From positions 1 through 47,521 of the forward strand of contig JAUCBJ010008479.1 in assembly GCA_032718475.1 (NCBI GenBank): a stretch of 47,521 nucleotides of DNA. Direction: 5' to 3'. The notes beneath the pieces are model-generated. The model did not search any database, had not been told where the DNA came from, and saw only the letters and a list, made by a program, of their open reading frames with translations. Made by a program: the position numbers and the translations under genes. Numbering within the stretch: the first letter of the stretch is position 1; every line of letters starts with the position of its first letter. Source of the DNA: Nemertoderma westbladi. Taxonomy: Eukaryota; Animalia; Xenacoelomorpha. This document shows positions 12,619-24,445 of this stretch, piece by piece.

Positions 12619-13204
12619 AGGCAAGATACTCTTCCCACAACCACCTCCCTAATCCCGCAAACATCTAGGGACTCCCCAACGTAGAGTTTGGAGTGGGTGT
12701 GTGACTATATTATTTTATATTTGTTTTTATTATTTTTATATTTACGTATGTATTATTATGTAATTTTATAATAATCGTTTTCTTTAATTTTATTTAGTAG
12801 AATGTTATTTTAGCGATTATTTAGTAGAATTAGTGCCATATATATTCGCGTTTATTACTTAATTACTTATATTATATATTTAGTGTAACGGCGAGAAATA
12901 ATTCTTTTTCTCTTTCCTTACTGTCCGTATCATATTATAAATGCGTGACTACAGTAAGATGAAATATCCGTACTTATAAAAGTACAATAAAGCTCCTACT
13001 ATATTCAAGTATTATTGGTAAGCAGAGTATTAGGAATGCAAAGTTCAGATCCTCATGTCTCGGCTAAACCAAGCTCTGGGTAGACCTTGGAAACGACTTG
13101 CCTCTTCTCACTGACATTGCTTCTTGCAATATTGCTCTCATACCGTATATTAAATATTACATATAGTAGCGTGATGTCCCTTTAACAGTAGCGTAAAATT
13201 CAAA

Positions 13205-13580
13205 ATAAATCTGTTAAACCCTTTGACCATCTGTAATTCTAGTCGATTAAGATATCGCAGCACCCACCGATATACTTGAAAGACAAAATTCTAGAATCAA
13301 TGGTTAACGTCCCCAGACAAGTTCTGGAATCAATCGGTGCCCATCTTAAATATTAATTATTTAATATTTATAAAAATCTATTAAGACAAATATAATAGCG
13401 TAAACGCTAAGAAATAAACTTTAGAAAATCTACAATTTAAAATCTGTTAAAATTTAGATCCTCTAAAAATTCTAGTCGATTAAGATATTGCAGCACTTAC
13501 CGATACTCTTAAAGGACAAATTTCCTAGAATTAAGGATCCTATTCCCCAGACATGCTCTGGAATAGAATTGTGTCTATTT
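13205..13580 (+). repeat. Diverged direct duplication (~235-bp period) in the pol-ORF3 spacer
   Basis: AAATCTGTTAAA...AATTCTAGTCGATTAAGATAT(C/T)GCAGCAC...CCCCAGACA...CTGGAAT occurs at ~13207-13330 and ~13440-13565. Confidence 0.8.
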
Positions 13581-14456
13581 TAGTGATAAATAATAAAATT
13601 TACAGGAATAAATTTAAATTCATATCCTCTCATGAATTTGATAAATTGTCATTTTATACAATTTATAACATTCCCAAAATTCCATTAATTAATAGATCAT
13701 GGGAGCGGAGATTTACCCTATTAAGTATATTAGTGTCAGAAAATCTCCAATATATAGTCAATAGCTGATAAAATTCATAAAATCATGTATAAAGGGGAAT
13801 ACTGCAATTAAAGGATTACTATAAAATAGCATCCCAGATCTGTATGCATGAGAATTACCCTAATTCTACCGCTAGCTTTCCATAATGTCACCATAGCAAC
13901 AACCACGCTAGAATTAGAAGCGAGTTAAAAGTAGAATAGAAAACTTGCCCCATTGAATAGCATATGGAATAAATGGCACACTGCTAGTATCCAGGGATAC
14001 ATAATAATAACGTGACATTCTGAAGGCACTTGACTAACGGACAAATGACCCGAATGTGTGACAGAATGTGTACAATTTGTGACAGTTGTGTGGAATTTGT
14101 GCGTTTATAGGTGAATGTTACTATTAAAGTGTGTTTACAGTAGCGAGTCGCAGTTGTGAAAGTAACCCTACCTCTGTAGCAAGAACCTGAAGTAAATCTA
14201 GGCCCTTGGGACGGACAGTGGAGTGACTCACGCTGAGTATTGTTGTCGTTGTGTAGCTACTACGTTGGCGAAAGGCACAGCGGCAACAGTACATTAGCGC
14301 TGAGGAGCTTGCGCTGTCCGGGGGCATTGAGGGGGAGGCAGCGACCGACGACCGCTTGCCTAATTATAATTAATTATAATATCGATAAACTCATATAGCA
14401 GCGATGACTGCGTTGATAGAAGATGATCTTGGTATCAGGGAACGATATACCCTACC

Positions 14457-15906
14457 ATGCAAGCGTTTGTTGATAGTTTAATACGCGGCGACGCTAGTCA
14501 ACCCACTACGGAGGACGATGGCCGTTATATAGAACTGCCAATATCAAAGGAACAACTCACGCGTAAATTGGACTATAGAAAATTCACCGCTCGCTATAAG
14601 CATCGTAATGGTACGTATATGGACTTCTTAACTACTGGTCATCCTATCGATTTACACAATACGGATGATGTAGACACCGAAAGGGAAATGGTTCTATTTA
14701 AATATCATACCCAGCGGAGTCGGAACGATAAACTGAGAATCGAACACGAAAAATTATATTCGAAACTGACTCGAAAGAAAGATGTTGAAGAGCCGGATAA
14801 ACGCAGTGACTTCAACGAATATCTGGAATTATTGAGAGAAACATATCTCAATATAGCCAGTCAACAAAATCTCGAAACTCAATATCCTCAAGGTATACAT
14901 CATGACCCTATGATAGAACTCAAACGACTCTATTTCACTATGATGTATCTTACCACCGATCGACCGCCAATTGTTGTACCGGATAGCTTCGAACAGATGG
15001 AGAAATATTGTAAAACTGGAGAAAGATCACCCGCGTTTCCCCTACAGGACGTGCGTCTTTGGTATTATTGCGATGAATGCCCTAGACCCAACCAACAAAC
15101 GGAAAGACATAAACATCCCCGGAGACGTTGCGCTAAACACCGTTTTACTCGCTATACTTACGGGATTTTCGAGCGAATCTTGTTCGACGTATCACCCGCG
15201 CTCGCTCGACTCAAACGATCCTTAAATAACCGATGATCAGAATTCCGGAATACTTGGTCAGACCTCCTCATTCCCTAGTGAGACCTCAAACTCTTGATCC
15301 TAATAGTATAATGAACTGTACTCACTGTTCAAAGATCTAGTGTTACCCTAACAATTAATCGGTGGCACTCCGGTAGTGGGCTCTCTAGATATTTGCCCAT
15401 CCTACCTAGCCGGATTGGGACGCAGACATTTAATATTGCCGTTTAACCCGTATAATCGTCCCGGTTTAACCCTGATACAACCTGTCATCAAGGCGGAGGA
15501 GAGCGTTGTACGAAACGCGTTAGACGCTATTCGGCAAAGGATCGGAAAATGAACTTACTATTGTTTAGAGAAACGTAAATTGCAGCAGCAAGTTCCAGCA
15601 GTAAACGAATTGGCTTTACCTCAGTTCGATTGGGAAATCCAGAATCTATAAGAAGATTTCGAACTTGGACGACCCTATTCTCTGCGAGAGTTTTTGGACG
15701 AACGCATCCAACGACAAGCGGAGGAAAATCAGCTCGAGGAGAAGCATATCAAAATGGACGAGACACTGACCGTAACCCTAAACCTTTTGATGCAACCTTC
15801 ACCCAGGAGTTATAGACCTCCTAGTAAATTGGCTCACCCCAAAGAGAAAAGGACTCTTGCTAGCCTCAAAAAACTTCGTAAACGCCGTTCACGTAAGAAG
15901 GACTAG
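14457..15906 (+). pseudogene. Extra ORF (ORF3) of element 1, frameshifted, with a ~2.7-kb internal deletion
   Basis: Co-linear with the N-terminal ~385 aa and the last ~50 aa of the 1345-aa ORF at 43434-47471. Junction MDE/TDRNP at ~15762. Confidence 0.9.
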
Positions 15907-15976
15907 TAGTTTAGAGTATTTTTATATTTTAGAAACTGTGATTTTATATATTTTATTGACTCAAATCCCATTTTCT

Positions 15977-15984
15977 GGGAGCGG
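15977..15984 (+). other. Polypurine tract of element 1
   Basis: GGGAGCGG abuts the TG of the 3' LTR; identical in element 3 (43356-43363, minus strand). Confidence 0.75.
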
Positions 15985-17151
15985 TGTAAAAGCTTTTGCG
16001 GACATAACAAGCCATTTTTATCCGCAATATACCGTGTAGGTGTTTTAGCGGACATAACAAGCCATTTTTACCCGCTATGTCTGCATGTGTGCTTTACCGG
16101 ACATAACAAGCCATTTTCTCCGCAATGCGCTTAATACTCTAAAGGCCGGAACTCAGATGACGACATCTACCAGCTGATTTGCTGACGTGGAACTTTCCCT
16201 TGTTCTTTGTTCGGCTCAGCCAATCAGAGCGATTTTCATTTTATGTGGAAAATGAGCCTATGTAAACCGAGCAAGTCTGTGTATGTCAGTAGTAGTGTTT
16301 ATCTTTCTAAGCCCAGAACACCGGCTTAGGATTCTTCTGTACTTCTGTGGAAGTTTCAGACTTTGGCCAGAACATTGGACGGCTTTGATTATTGAAACGT
16401 AAAACTATTACAGGTCATACTACCCCACGGCCATACTCAATGCACTACGATTTGCATAAGTAACATATGCTGATTGTTCACCGCATTATTTTACTGTTTG
16501 TTATAATTGTTATATATGGATGGATATGTTATTGTATTTGGAGAATAACAATAAATAATCATAAACCCCAATCTTCTTGATTACTGAAGGTAAGAGGGAC
16601 CAGTTACCTGTAGCAACTGCGACTTACATTATAGTGGTTTTTATGTGAATTAAATGCTATTTCATAATCCCTACATGTGTCAGTTGCTATCCTCCTTATG
16701 CATGATCAAATTCAGTGATGGTCGGCAGATCAGTGTGAAGTGGTGTGAAGTCGTGTGCAGTAGTGTGACTGTTAATAAAGCATCTCCTAAAGGCGCCTTT
16801 TACGAAACTCAATAGCCATCTAGTTGTGATTAGTATAAGTCATAACTCTGTTTTTATACTTAAAGCGCCTCGTCCTAAAGGAACTGTTAATATTTCCCCG
16901 AAAGTAAATATATTGTCAGAGATTATATAGTAACGATCAATCGAATAATACAGTAGGTCTGCAACGCAATAATAAGTCAAAGCATCCGAATCCAGTCTCC
17001 CTTAACAGTGGGTGAATGGTCGCGCATAGACTGGCTTTGGCTAATGTTATTTCAGTGTAATAAATAATTGTCGTAGGCTAAAGTCGATTTATAAACCAGA
17101 AGACACCTAAAATTGGCAGGTTAAACTGCTAAAGGTCTAAAAGCGCGAACA
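15985..17151 (+). repeat. 3' LTR of element 1 (1167 bp)
   Basis: Direct repeat of 1438-2606, followed by TSD ATGTT. Confidence 0.95.
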
Positions 17152-17290
17152 ATGTTACCCTATAAAGTAATTAACCTTACATATTTCTCCTACCTAATAA
17201 AGTAATAAACTTACATAACATATTACCGTATAAAGTAATTAACCTTACATATTATCTAATAAAGTAATTAACCTAACATATTATCTAATT
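17152..17290 (+). repeat. ~30-bp AT-rich minisatellite split by element 1 (first part 1399-1437)
   Basis: CATATTACCTAATAAAGTAAT(A/T)AAC units on both sides of the insertion. Confidence 0.7.
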
Positions 17291-17342
17291 GAGTAGTGCG
17301 GTCATCGTAGGGTAAGCTTACTACTTCAGTACTTAATATGTT

Positions 17343-18148
17343 GCACTGCAACAGCTCCTTGATATTTGTAGTAACTTCGCTAACTGCAATAACATTAATT
17401 TCAACCCTAGAAAGTCGAAGGTTATTGTTCTACATAGCGGCTATAGGAAGTATTCTAGAATTTGTACACATTTTAGACTTGGTAGCAATGTATTAGAAGT
17501 AGTTACTAAATTTAAATATTTAGGACATTTCATTACGTCGGATTTCTCCGACGATGTCGATATTAAAGCTCAGACAAGGTCATTGTACTCTCGTGCAAAT
17601 ATTATAATTCGTAAATTCAATTACTGTTCTCATGCAGTTAAGGTTAGACTATTACGTAGCTATTGCTGCAATATTTATTGTAATGCTCTCTGGGCTGATA
17701 CATACTACAGCCAGCGGGTTTTTAATAGTTTGAAAGTAGCCCTTACTAAATCAATAAAGAAACTATTTTGTATTCCTGGCGGTCCTGATTATAGTGCTAG
17801 TAAGATGCTAGTCAGCCTTGGAATCCCCTCTGTTGTTCATTTACATCGCTTTGCCCTGCATAGCTTATTTTCGCGAGTATTCGAGTCGAATAACGAAGTT
17901 CTATGTGCAATTCGATATTACTGCCTAGGCACTTCCGTTATTTATAAGTCATATCGCCGCCTACGAGCATAATCTACTTATATTTATAAGTGTTAAATTT
18001 ATTTAATTAATTATTTATCTACGTATTTACTTACCAATATATAAAATTTGTGCTTTATAGTATTACTTAATTATGTTTAGTGTGTTCCGGTAATCCTAAT
18101 ATGTCCGATTTTTTATGGATGAAATAAAAGAGAAATATAATATAATAT
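17343..18148 (+). mobile_element. 5'-truncated LINE 3' end (RT C-terminus, RTE-X-like)
   Basis: Open frame ALQQLLDIC..FNPRKSKV..FKYLGHFI..DDVDIKAQTRSLYSRAN..RKFNYCS..VK..LW to the stop at 17972, then AATAAA and an (ATATA)n tail. Clade assignment is from motif memory. Confidence 0.7.
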
Positions 18149-20129
18149 CCCCCACGGCCTTGTAGGCTACTTGGCTTGGTACTGTTGGTAGTATTGCAGT
18201 ACTGCAGTATGGGGATGGGCTGTGGATTCGGTAGTCTATTACAGTATTAGCTGGTTGGTCAGTCTGTTAGTGTCAATGCCAATGGTACTGGTCAAGGACT
18301 GCTATACTACAGGACTGGCACACTGAATATCCAGACCCCGCTAGCGGGGTCCATTAGTTGCAGAATTCCAGTACTGCTGTCTGGCTGTACAACTGTGTAA
18401 TCAACCAAATTACTTAGGCCTATGTACTTTTTTAAACGCAATAATTTTTATTGTCCGTTTATCTCCTTTTTTTGTCCTTTTTTTTGATTTTTTATGTCCT
18501 CCAAAAGTCTAATGTTAGGTTCCATGCTACCGGTTTCTCTACTGCTGTTCTCTCAGGCTATCAGTACCGGTATTAGTATATATAGCACTATTTTGCTGTA
18601 TTGCATATTGTATGTACAGATGTAGGTATAAAGCAGGTATTTCTGTATTTTAGTACCGGTACCGGCACCGGTACTGCTATAGGCCTACTGTGTAGCCTAC
18701 CATTTAAATACGGTAATGGTAGGCCTACCGGTTGTGCTAATAAATTTTAAATAATTGATAGGCCAAACTGGATTGCAGGATTGTGGAAAATGTGGATATA
18801 CCTTTCACATAATTTAGGCCTTTCTGTATTAGTTTTATAATCAATAATGGATCATGACTACTGTCTGAGTAGTGTTACAGAGAGCGGTACCACTACTTCC
18901 AACAGCACAGAAGGCCCGCCTCTGTAACCTGCCAGTCGGTGAGAAGTCAAAAATTGGACTTCAAGTCCAATTTTAGACTTCAAGTCCAATTTTGGACTCC
19001 AAAGTCCAATATTGGACTTTAGTACAACTCCAAACTGCCAAACTCCAAGTGTACCCATGCTGCCATACTGTATATCGGTATTTAAATCAAAACTGCATCC
19101 CGTATCAGTACATATATAATATTACATAATTACAATGCAACATTATTTTAATGATCAAATTAATTATTATATGTATTATAAACAGGGATCGCACACGTAC
19201 AGTCAGACATCAGTAGTTACTTTTTGCGGTAGTGGTATAGCTTTGCCGTAGCCTTACTGCCTTACTGCCTTAGCGGTGCATACCGCGGTAGCGTCTGAGC
19301 GTAGTGGAGTTATAGCTGTATAGTTCATTGTCATTCATACCCATACTCCCTATTGAAAAGTTTTACATGTACGCCGAATACGTTCGGCGCAGCACTAGAA
19401 CTTGCGCCGGGAGCTGGCGCAGAAATGTGCTACGCCGGGTAATGAGCCAGCAGGGTCGGCGCAGAGATGTGCTACGCCGGCGTAGCCGGCGGAGCACTCA
19501 CAATGATAGAGATGCTGCGCTCGGCGCAGCAGACGTCGAAATATTCCCGGCGTCGTCGCTGCAGAAATTGACCCGGCGCCGGATGCCGGAGCAGGAATCA
19601 GCCCAGCACACCCGGCTGCCCGGCGTACATATTTGCCTGGCGCATAAATCATTCGAACCTAGCACCAGGCAGATAGTGAGACTGAGACAGAGCACGACTC
19701 GACAGCAGACATGCGTTCATCAGACCAACAGCACAGCAACACCTGAACACAATAAAACCAACTGGCCATGGATGAGGCAGAATGGAAACTCACACTGGCT
19801 GATTGCAACTGGTCATTTATTTACGTATTTAGCCTTATGCTGTTATGAAGTAGGCAGGTAGGCTATCCTGGCTATCACAGTCCCAGCTATCAGTTGATCA
19901 GTCTAAATTACTATTGGTTAGTCAGTTTATTTATTTACATATTGCTGTATTGTATATGCTATATTTATATTATATTACAGTATTATATTACTTGGATGGT
20001 GACACCGCTGTCATTGAAGCGAACAAATAAAACTGCACATAATAAAACAGGATAAAGTTGAACAGTGAATAAAACAAAACGCCTTATTTATACTATGGCA
20101 ATGGCACTATTGATAATGAAACAATTTAT

Positions 20130-20990
20130 TACTGACATACATGCCTTACAGGCTGATCTAGACGCTAGTGGAATGTTGTAACCATTGGAAATTGCAGTCC
20201 TCAGTTCGATGACTCCAAGTGCAAGGTCATTCATCTAGGTTCTAGAAATCCCCAAGCAACTTTTTACACAATGAATGGACGGACACTTTTATCGGCAACC
20301 GAGGAACGTGATTTGGGAATTACATTTACACCAAACTTGTCTTTCACAACTCACTGCACAGACTGCAGCCCCCAGCCCCCAGCCCATGCCATATGCGACA
20401 TATTTATTGCGAAGAACTTTTACATATTTGGAAGCTCCGATGTTTACCCTCTGACCCTGTTATATGTACAAATCCCTTGTTCGGCCTCTCCTTGAATACG
20501 AATCGTCTTGAACAAGTACAACCCCGTGCCACAGTTGTCATATGAAAACCGACTACGTGCACTCAAACTACCGACATTAATATATCGCCGTGTACTAGCC
20601 GACCTTATAACAACATACAAGTTTATCCACGGGATTGACAATTGAGCGAAGTAATTTCTTCCAGTTTCGTTCCGAACTCCACCAATACTCAACACGAGGC
20701 TCTTCCTTGGCACTGTACAAAGTACAAAGTTCGAACTATAGGACTCAAAGGAGATGCAACAAATTTGCAGACAGCGTTGTAAACCTTTGGAATCCTTTAC
20801 CATTACTAGAAAGTGTTGTTAATGCATGTAATACACTTGGTACTCCATGCTTGAACACATTCAAAAATAGACTAGACTGCGAAATGTCCCTTAAAATGAA
20901 TATATAGTGATTATCCTGTGGCAGTAGAGAAATCTTTCGGATACTGATACAACGATATATTTATCTTATCTATCGTATCTTATTATTACT
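20130..20990 (+). mobile_element. Decayed CR1-group LINE 3' fragment
   Basis: Broken frames give LQADL, KCKVIHLG..NP, EERDLGI, LSYENRLRALKLPTL.YRR..ADLI.TYK, TRG, VVNLWNPLP, NTFKNRLD. Confidence 0.8.
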
Positions 20991-21012
20991 TTCTATGGAA
21001 CATAAGTTTGTT

Positions 21013-21274
21013 GAATTTTGAATACGATATCATGCAGTATTTAAATGAATACATGTCTCTTGTTGGTACCATCAACTAAAACAGGGGATGGCGGGGGGGG
21101 GGGGGATCAAGTGGGATATGTTTCATTACATACATATTTCAGAATTTTGAATACGATATCATGCAGTATTTAAATGAATACATGTCTCTTGTTGGTACCA
21201 TCAACTAAGACAGGGGATGGCGGGGGGGGGGGGGGGGGGGATCAAGTGGGATATGTTTCATTACATACATATTT
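21013..21274 (+). repeat. Near-perfect tandem duplication of ~129 bp containing a poly-G run
   Basis: GAATTTTGAATACGATATCATG... begins at 21013 and 21142; the G-run length differs. Confidence 0.9.
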
Positions 21275-21372
21275 TATTAATTACATACAGTATACTATAT
21301 GCAGGTGCAGTATTATAGATAACAGTTTAGTAAGTGAGAACGTGCCCTTGTCACCGCGTTAAGCATAATATA

Positions 21373-21754
21373 CTAGGTTTAGATTCAGAGACCAATTAAG
21401 GTGACAGAAAAATGGTGGTTTACTGAGTAATATTTCAGCCAACAGGCCTTTATCAAACTCAAACAATCAGATATATCTACCAACAGAGAAGCACAGTACA
21501 GACTCAGAATGCAATTCAAATTTCCCTCTAAAGACTATTGCACCAAAAAAGAAAAGATATACAGTACATCAACTAATTTAATGTTTCTAATTTTAATTGC
21601 ACCAAATTGAAAAATGATTGAAAAAAGTCTATTCTAAATTTTGCGTGTGTCGTAATAGTAAAAAAAAATATATATGAAAAATGTATATAAAGAAATTTTT
21701 TGTACCCGTGATAATTTTTCTGTCACCTTAATTGGTCTCTGAATCTAAACCTAG
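21373..21754. mobile_element. MITE with perfect 41-bp TIRs, TA-flanked (Tc1/mariner-type)
   Basis: CTAGGTTTAGATTCAGAGACCAATTAAGGTGACAGAAAAAT and its exact reverse complement at 21714-21754. Confidence 0.88.
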
Positions 21755-22166
21755 TATATTATAGATAACAGAATAAAGTAAAGGTACCGTACAGTATGTA
21801 TCAGGGAGATTTTTATGTTTTATACCAGTCAGCCTGGTGCAGCTTTGAAGAGCCCGCGGAAGATTTTTCACCCGGCGCAGCATTTCGCATTGCACAGAGC
21901 CAGCGCATGATTTTTGCCCCCGGCATGGGCGATGGGCGTGGGTTTGCACAGAGCCAGCGCAGGATTTTTTGCACCCGGCGTGGCTTTGCTCAAAGCCGGC
22001 GCAGGATTTTTGGCACCCGGCGCTGCGTTCGGCGCAGAAAATAAAACTTTTCAATAGGGCCCATACTGCCATACCTGTGGTATTTTCGTATGGCAAAAAT
22101 AAGACTACTGTAAACTGTAACCTATTGTGTTATTGAGTTAATGTTTATTAACTAATTGTTTTGATT

Positions 22167-22591
22167 AGGTTCACTGTGTCAAATACAATGCACACATCTC
22201 TGCATCTCCAACCAAACACTATATAACATTGAAGTTGGAGGTGTCTTATTCAGTCATTGGTTCCCCCAAGCTTGACACTAGAACAAAGCCGCCTCCGCTT
22301 TGCAGGACATCGCTTTAAGTCGTGAGGACCAGTCAGTGCACCTCATGGAGTGAATAAGCATGGTGGACAGCCCATAACTTTCTTGAGACGCATCTTTCTT
22401 ACTGTCTTAAAGGACACTGGCCTTGAAGATGCAGATGATCTAGCAAATGTCATGGGTGATAAGGCTGTAAGAGTGTAAGGGAGTTGTGGAGGCGCACTTT
22501 TGTCAACAAGCCGGCACAGCATTCTTAATACATAATAGGGCCTATATATATACTCCATTTGCAATGAATCATGCCGATTGTAGTAGTAGTA
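22167..22591 (+). mobile_element. RTE LINE 3' fragment inside the hAT5-like element (paralog of 473-851)
   Basis: Matches 29430-29795; (TAG)n tail. Confidence 0.8.
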
Positions 22592-22898
22592 TGTGGTGAG
22601 GTTATAGGGCTCCTTCAATTGGTAAAGTCAAAAGTGGCCGTTTATTGTTTTAGTTAGAAAAGCCTGCATCTGTAACCTGTTCCTTTCCCTCAATTGGTTT
22701 ATGATTAAGACGTGTGACGTGTGTTACTTGTTACTTCTGTACTTATTATGTGGAGACCCCAACACGTTAATCAGTTACTAATCCCATTTCATTATCCTGT
22801 TATCCAGCCGTTTTATAATACCCTTCCTGTTGTATGGAAAAATTAGAAGAGATGGTGGTAGCATCAACTTGTAGTATTTCTTTCTGATAGGGCTCCCA

Positions 22899-23811
22899 CC
22901 TATATGGAATACTGACAAAAAGCGCGCCACACGTGTTCTGGTTAAACGAAAATCGCGCCAGCCATGATATCTAATGCGCGCCAAGCCAACAATTGACTAG
23001 GCCTATGAAATTTTGCAGTAATTGCTTAATTTTAATAATTTATCAGTTTATAATGCTGTAGCCCTACAGTATTTTAACATTAAAATGCGAGCGTAGCGAG
23101 CAAGGAAATTTTCCAATTGTGTTAAACATAAATACAGTCTGACAGTAATAGTCAGATAGTGCTGTAGTAGTAGTAGGTCAACGTCAACTGACTGTTTTTA
23201 AATGCAGATGTGATCAAGATGCGAGCGTCTGAGCGTAGCGAGCACGAAAATTTTAACATTTCAGCATTTAAAGTAGGCAAACCGACTGTTTTCAAATGCA
23301 GAAATCCAGATGTCATTAAATTGCGAGCTGACGAGCGTAGCGAGCACGGAAATTCTGCTGAATCATGCAGGCTGTCATGGTTTTATTGGTCTGACAATTG
23401 AAAAACTTTTGAAACAAGTCATGTTTATAATGGTCATGCTCAATCTGTCTGTTTCCATTTGTCCACAGCCAGACAGTGCTAAGAGTAGGCTTACAGTATA
23501 AATGCGAGCGAAGCGAGCGGACATTTTTCAATCTTTTTAAACCTATGGAATAATTTCAAATAGAGCTGTAGAGTGGGAGGTGTTGCTAGTGCACTGCTGC
23601 GCACTGACGCAACCTCCTACTGTCCTCTGGTCCTAACCTAACCCTACATCCATATTCGCGCCAGGAACGCCAGGATCCTCAATGCGCGCCACACGCCCCT
23701 GTCACTACGCGCCAGGATCCTTAATCCGCGCCACACGCCCCTGTCACTACGCGCCAGGATCCTTAATCCGCGCCACACATGTTGAGCAAACTCTACATAA
23801 ATTCCAACCTG
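22899..23811. mobile_element. 913-bp insertion with 9-bp TSD (MULE-like, degenerate TIRs)
   Basis: TSD GGGCTCCCA (22890-22898 / 23812-23820); empty site in the paralog at ~170-180; internal GCGAGCGTAGCGAGC motifs and a 42-bp tandem repeat (23669-23778). Confidence 0.8.
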
Positions 23812-24445
23812 GGGCTCCCATAGCCTTAGACGAAATCGTAGCTTGTACTGTAGTTAGCCTTAGCAGCAGCTGCAGTTGGCTAACCTGGCATTGCTTACCA
23901 GTATCCACCAAATATAATTTGTAATTAAATATTTGTTGGAGCATAATCTAATCTAGTCCTAAAGACACTATAAAGTCCTGGGTACATAAAGTACCTAGAA
24001 TGCTAGAATGTACCATTATATTCTAAGTACAGTACAGTCATTACACTGAAGATACATACAGAGCTGCAAAGGTAACTTTCCATAACTTAACAGCATAACT
24101 TAGGCTGTCTCTCATCTGTCATGCTTCATGTACCTTTAAGTTCGATTCTCAATGTCACGTCCAAAATTGGACTTAAAGTCCAATATTGGACTTTTGTAAA
24201 AATTCAAAGCCTTATAAAAAAAGTTCCCCCTGGTGAATTTCAGGTCCCCCTGTTCAAAACTCTTATTTTTTGATATATTTTCGATTAAAGAAAAAAAATC
24301 CCGCCCGATCCAATTACCCAAGGCCCTGGAACAATTGGCTGATTTGAAGTCCAATATTGGACTCACAGAAGTCCAATTTTAGACTTGAACTGGAGTCGAA
24401 GTCCAATTTTGGACTCAAGTCCAATTTTTGACTTCTCACCGACTG

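Larger units (their letters stand above)
1438..17151 (+). mobile_element. Large Bel/Pao LTR retrotransposon, decayed (element 1), with an extra ORF after pol
   Basis: Paired TG...CA LTRs, 5-bp TSD ATGTT (1433-1437 / 17152-17156), Bel-type gag-PR-RT-RH-IN order, PPT before the 3' LTR. Confidence 0.95.
19348..22059. mobile_element. Non-autonomous TIR element with CCC termini and 8-bp TSD (MULE-like, superfamily uncertain)
   Basis: 18-bp TIR CCCTATTGAAAAGTTTTA, TSD CCCATACT (19340-19347 / 22060-22067), GC-rich GGCGCAG subterminal repeats. Absent from the paralog at ~955. Confidence 0.8.
18933..24445. mobile_element. Non-autonomous TIR element with 5-bp TSD (hAT5-like; Transib less likely)
   Basis: TIRs CAGTCGGTGAGAAGTCAAAAATTGGACTT, TSD CCTGC (18928-18932 / 24446-24450), subterminal 16-bp palindromes. 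Confidence 0.85.

Noticed and set aside
19328-19861. 177-aa ORF and overlapping ORFs
   Set aside because: By-products of GC-rich subterminal repeats; they cross the element boundary and have no motifs.
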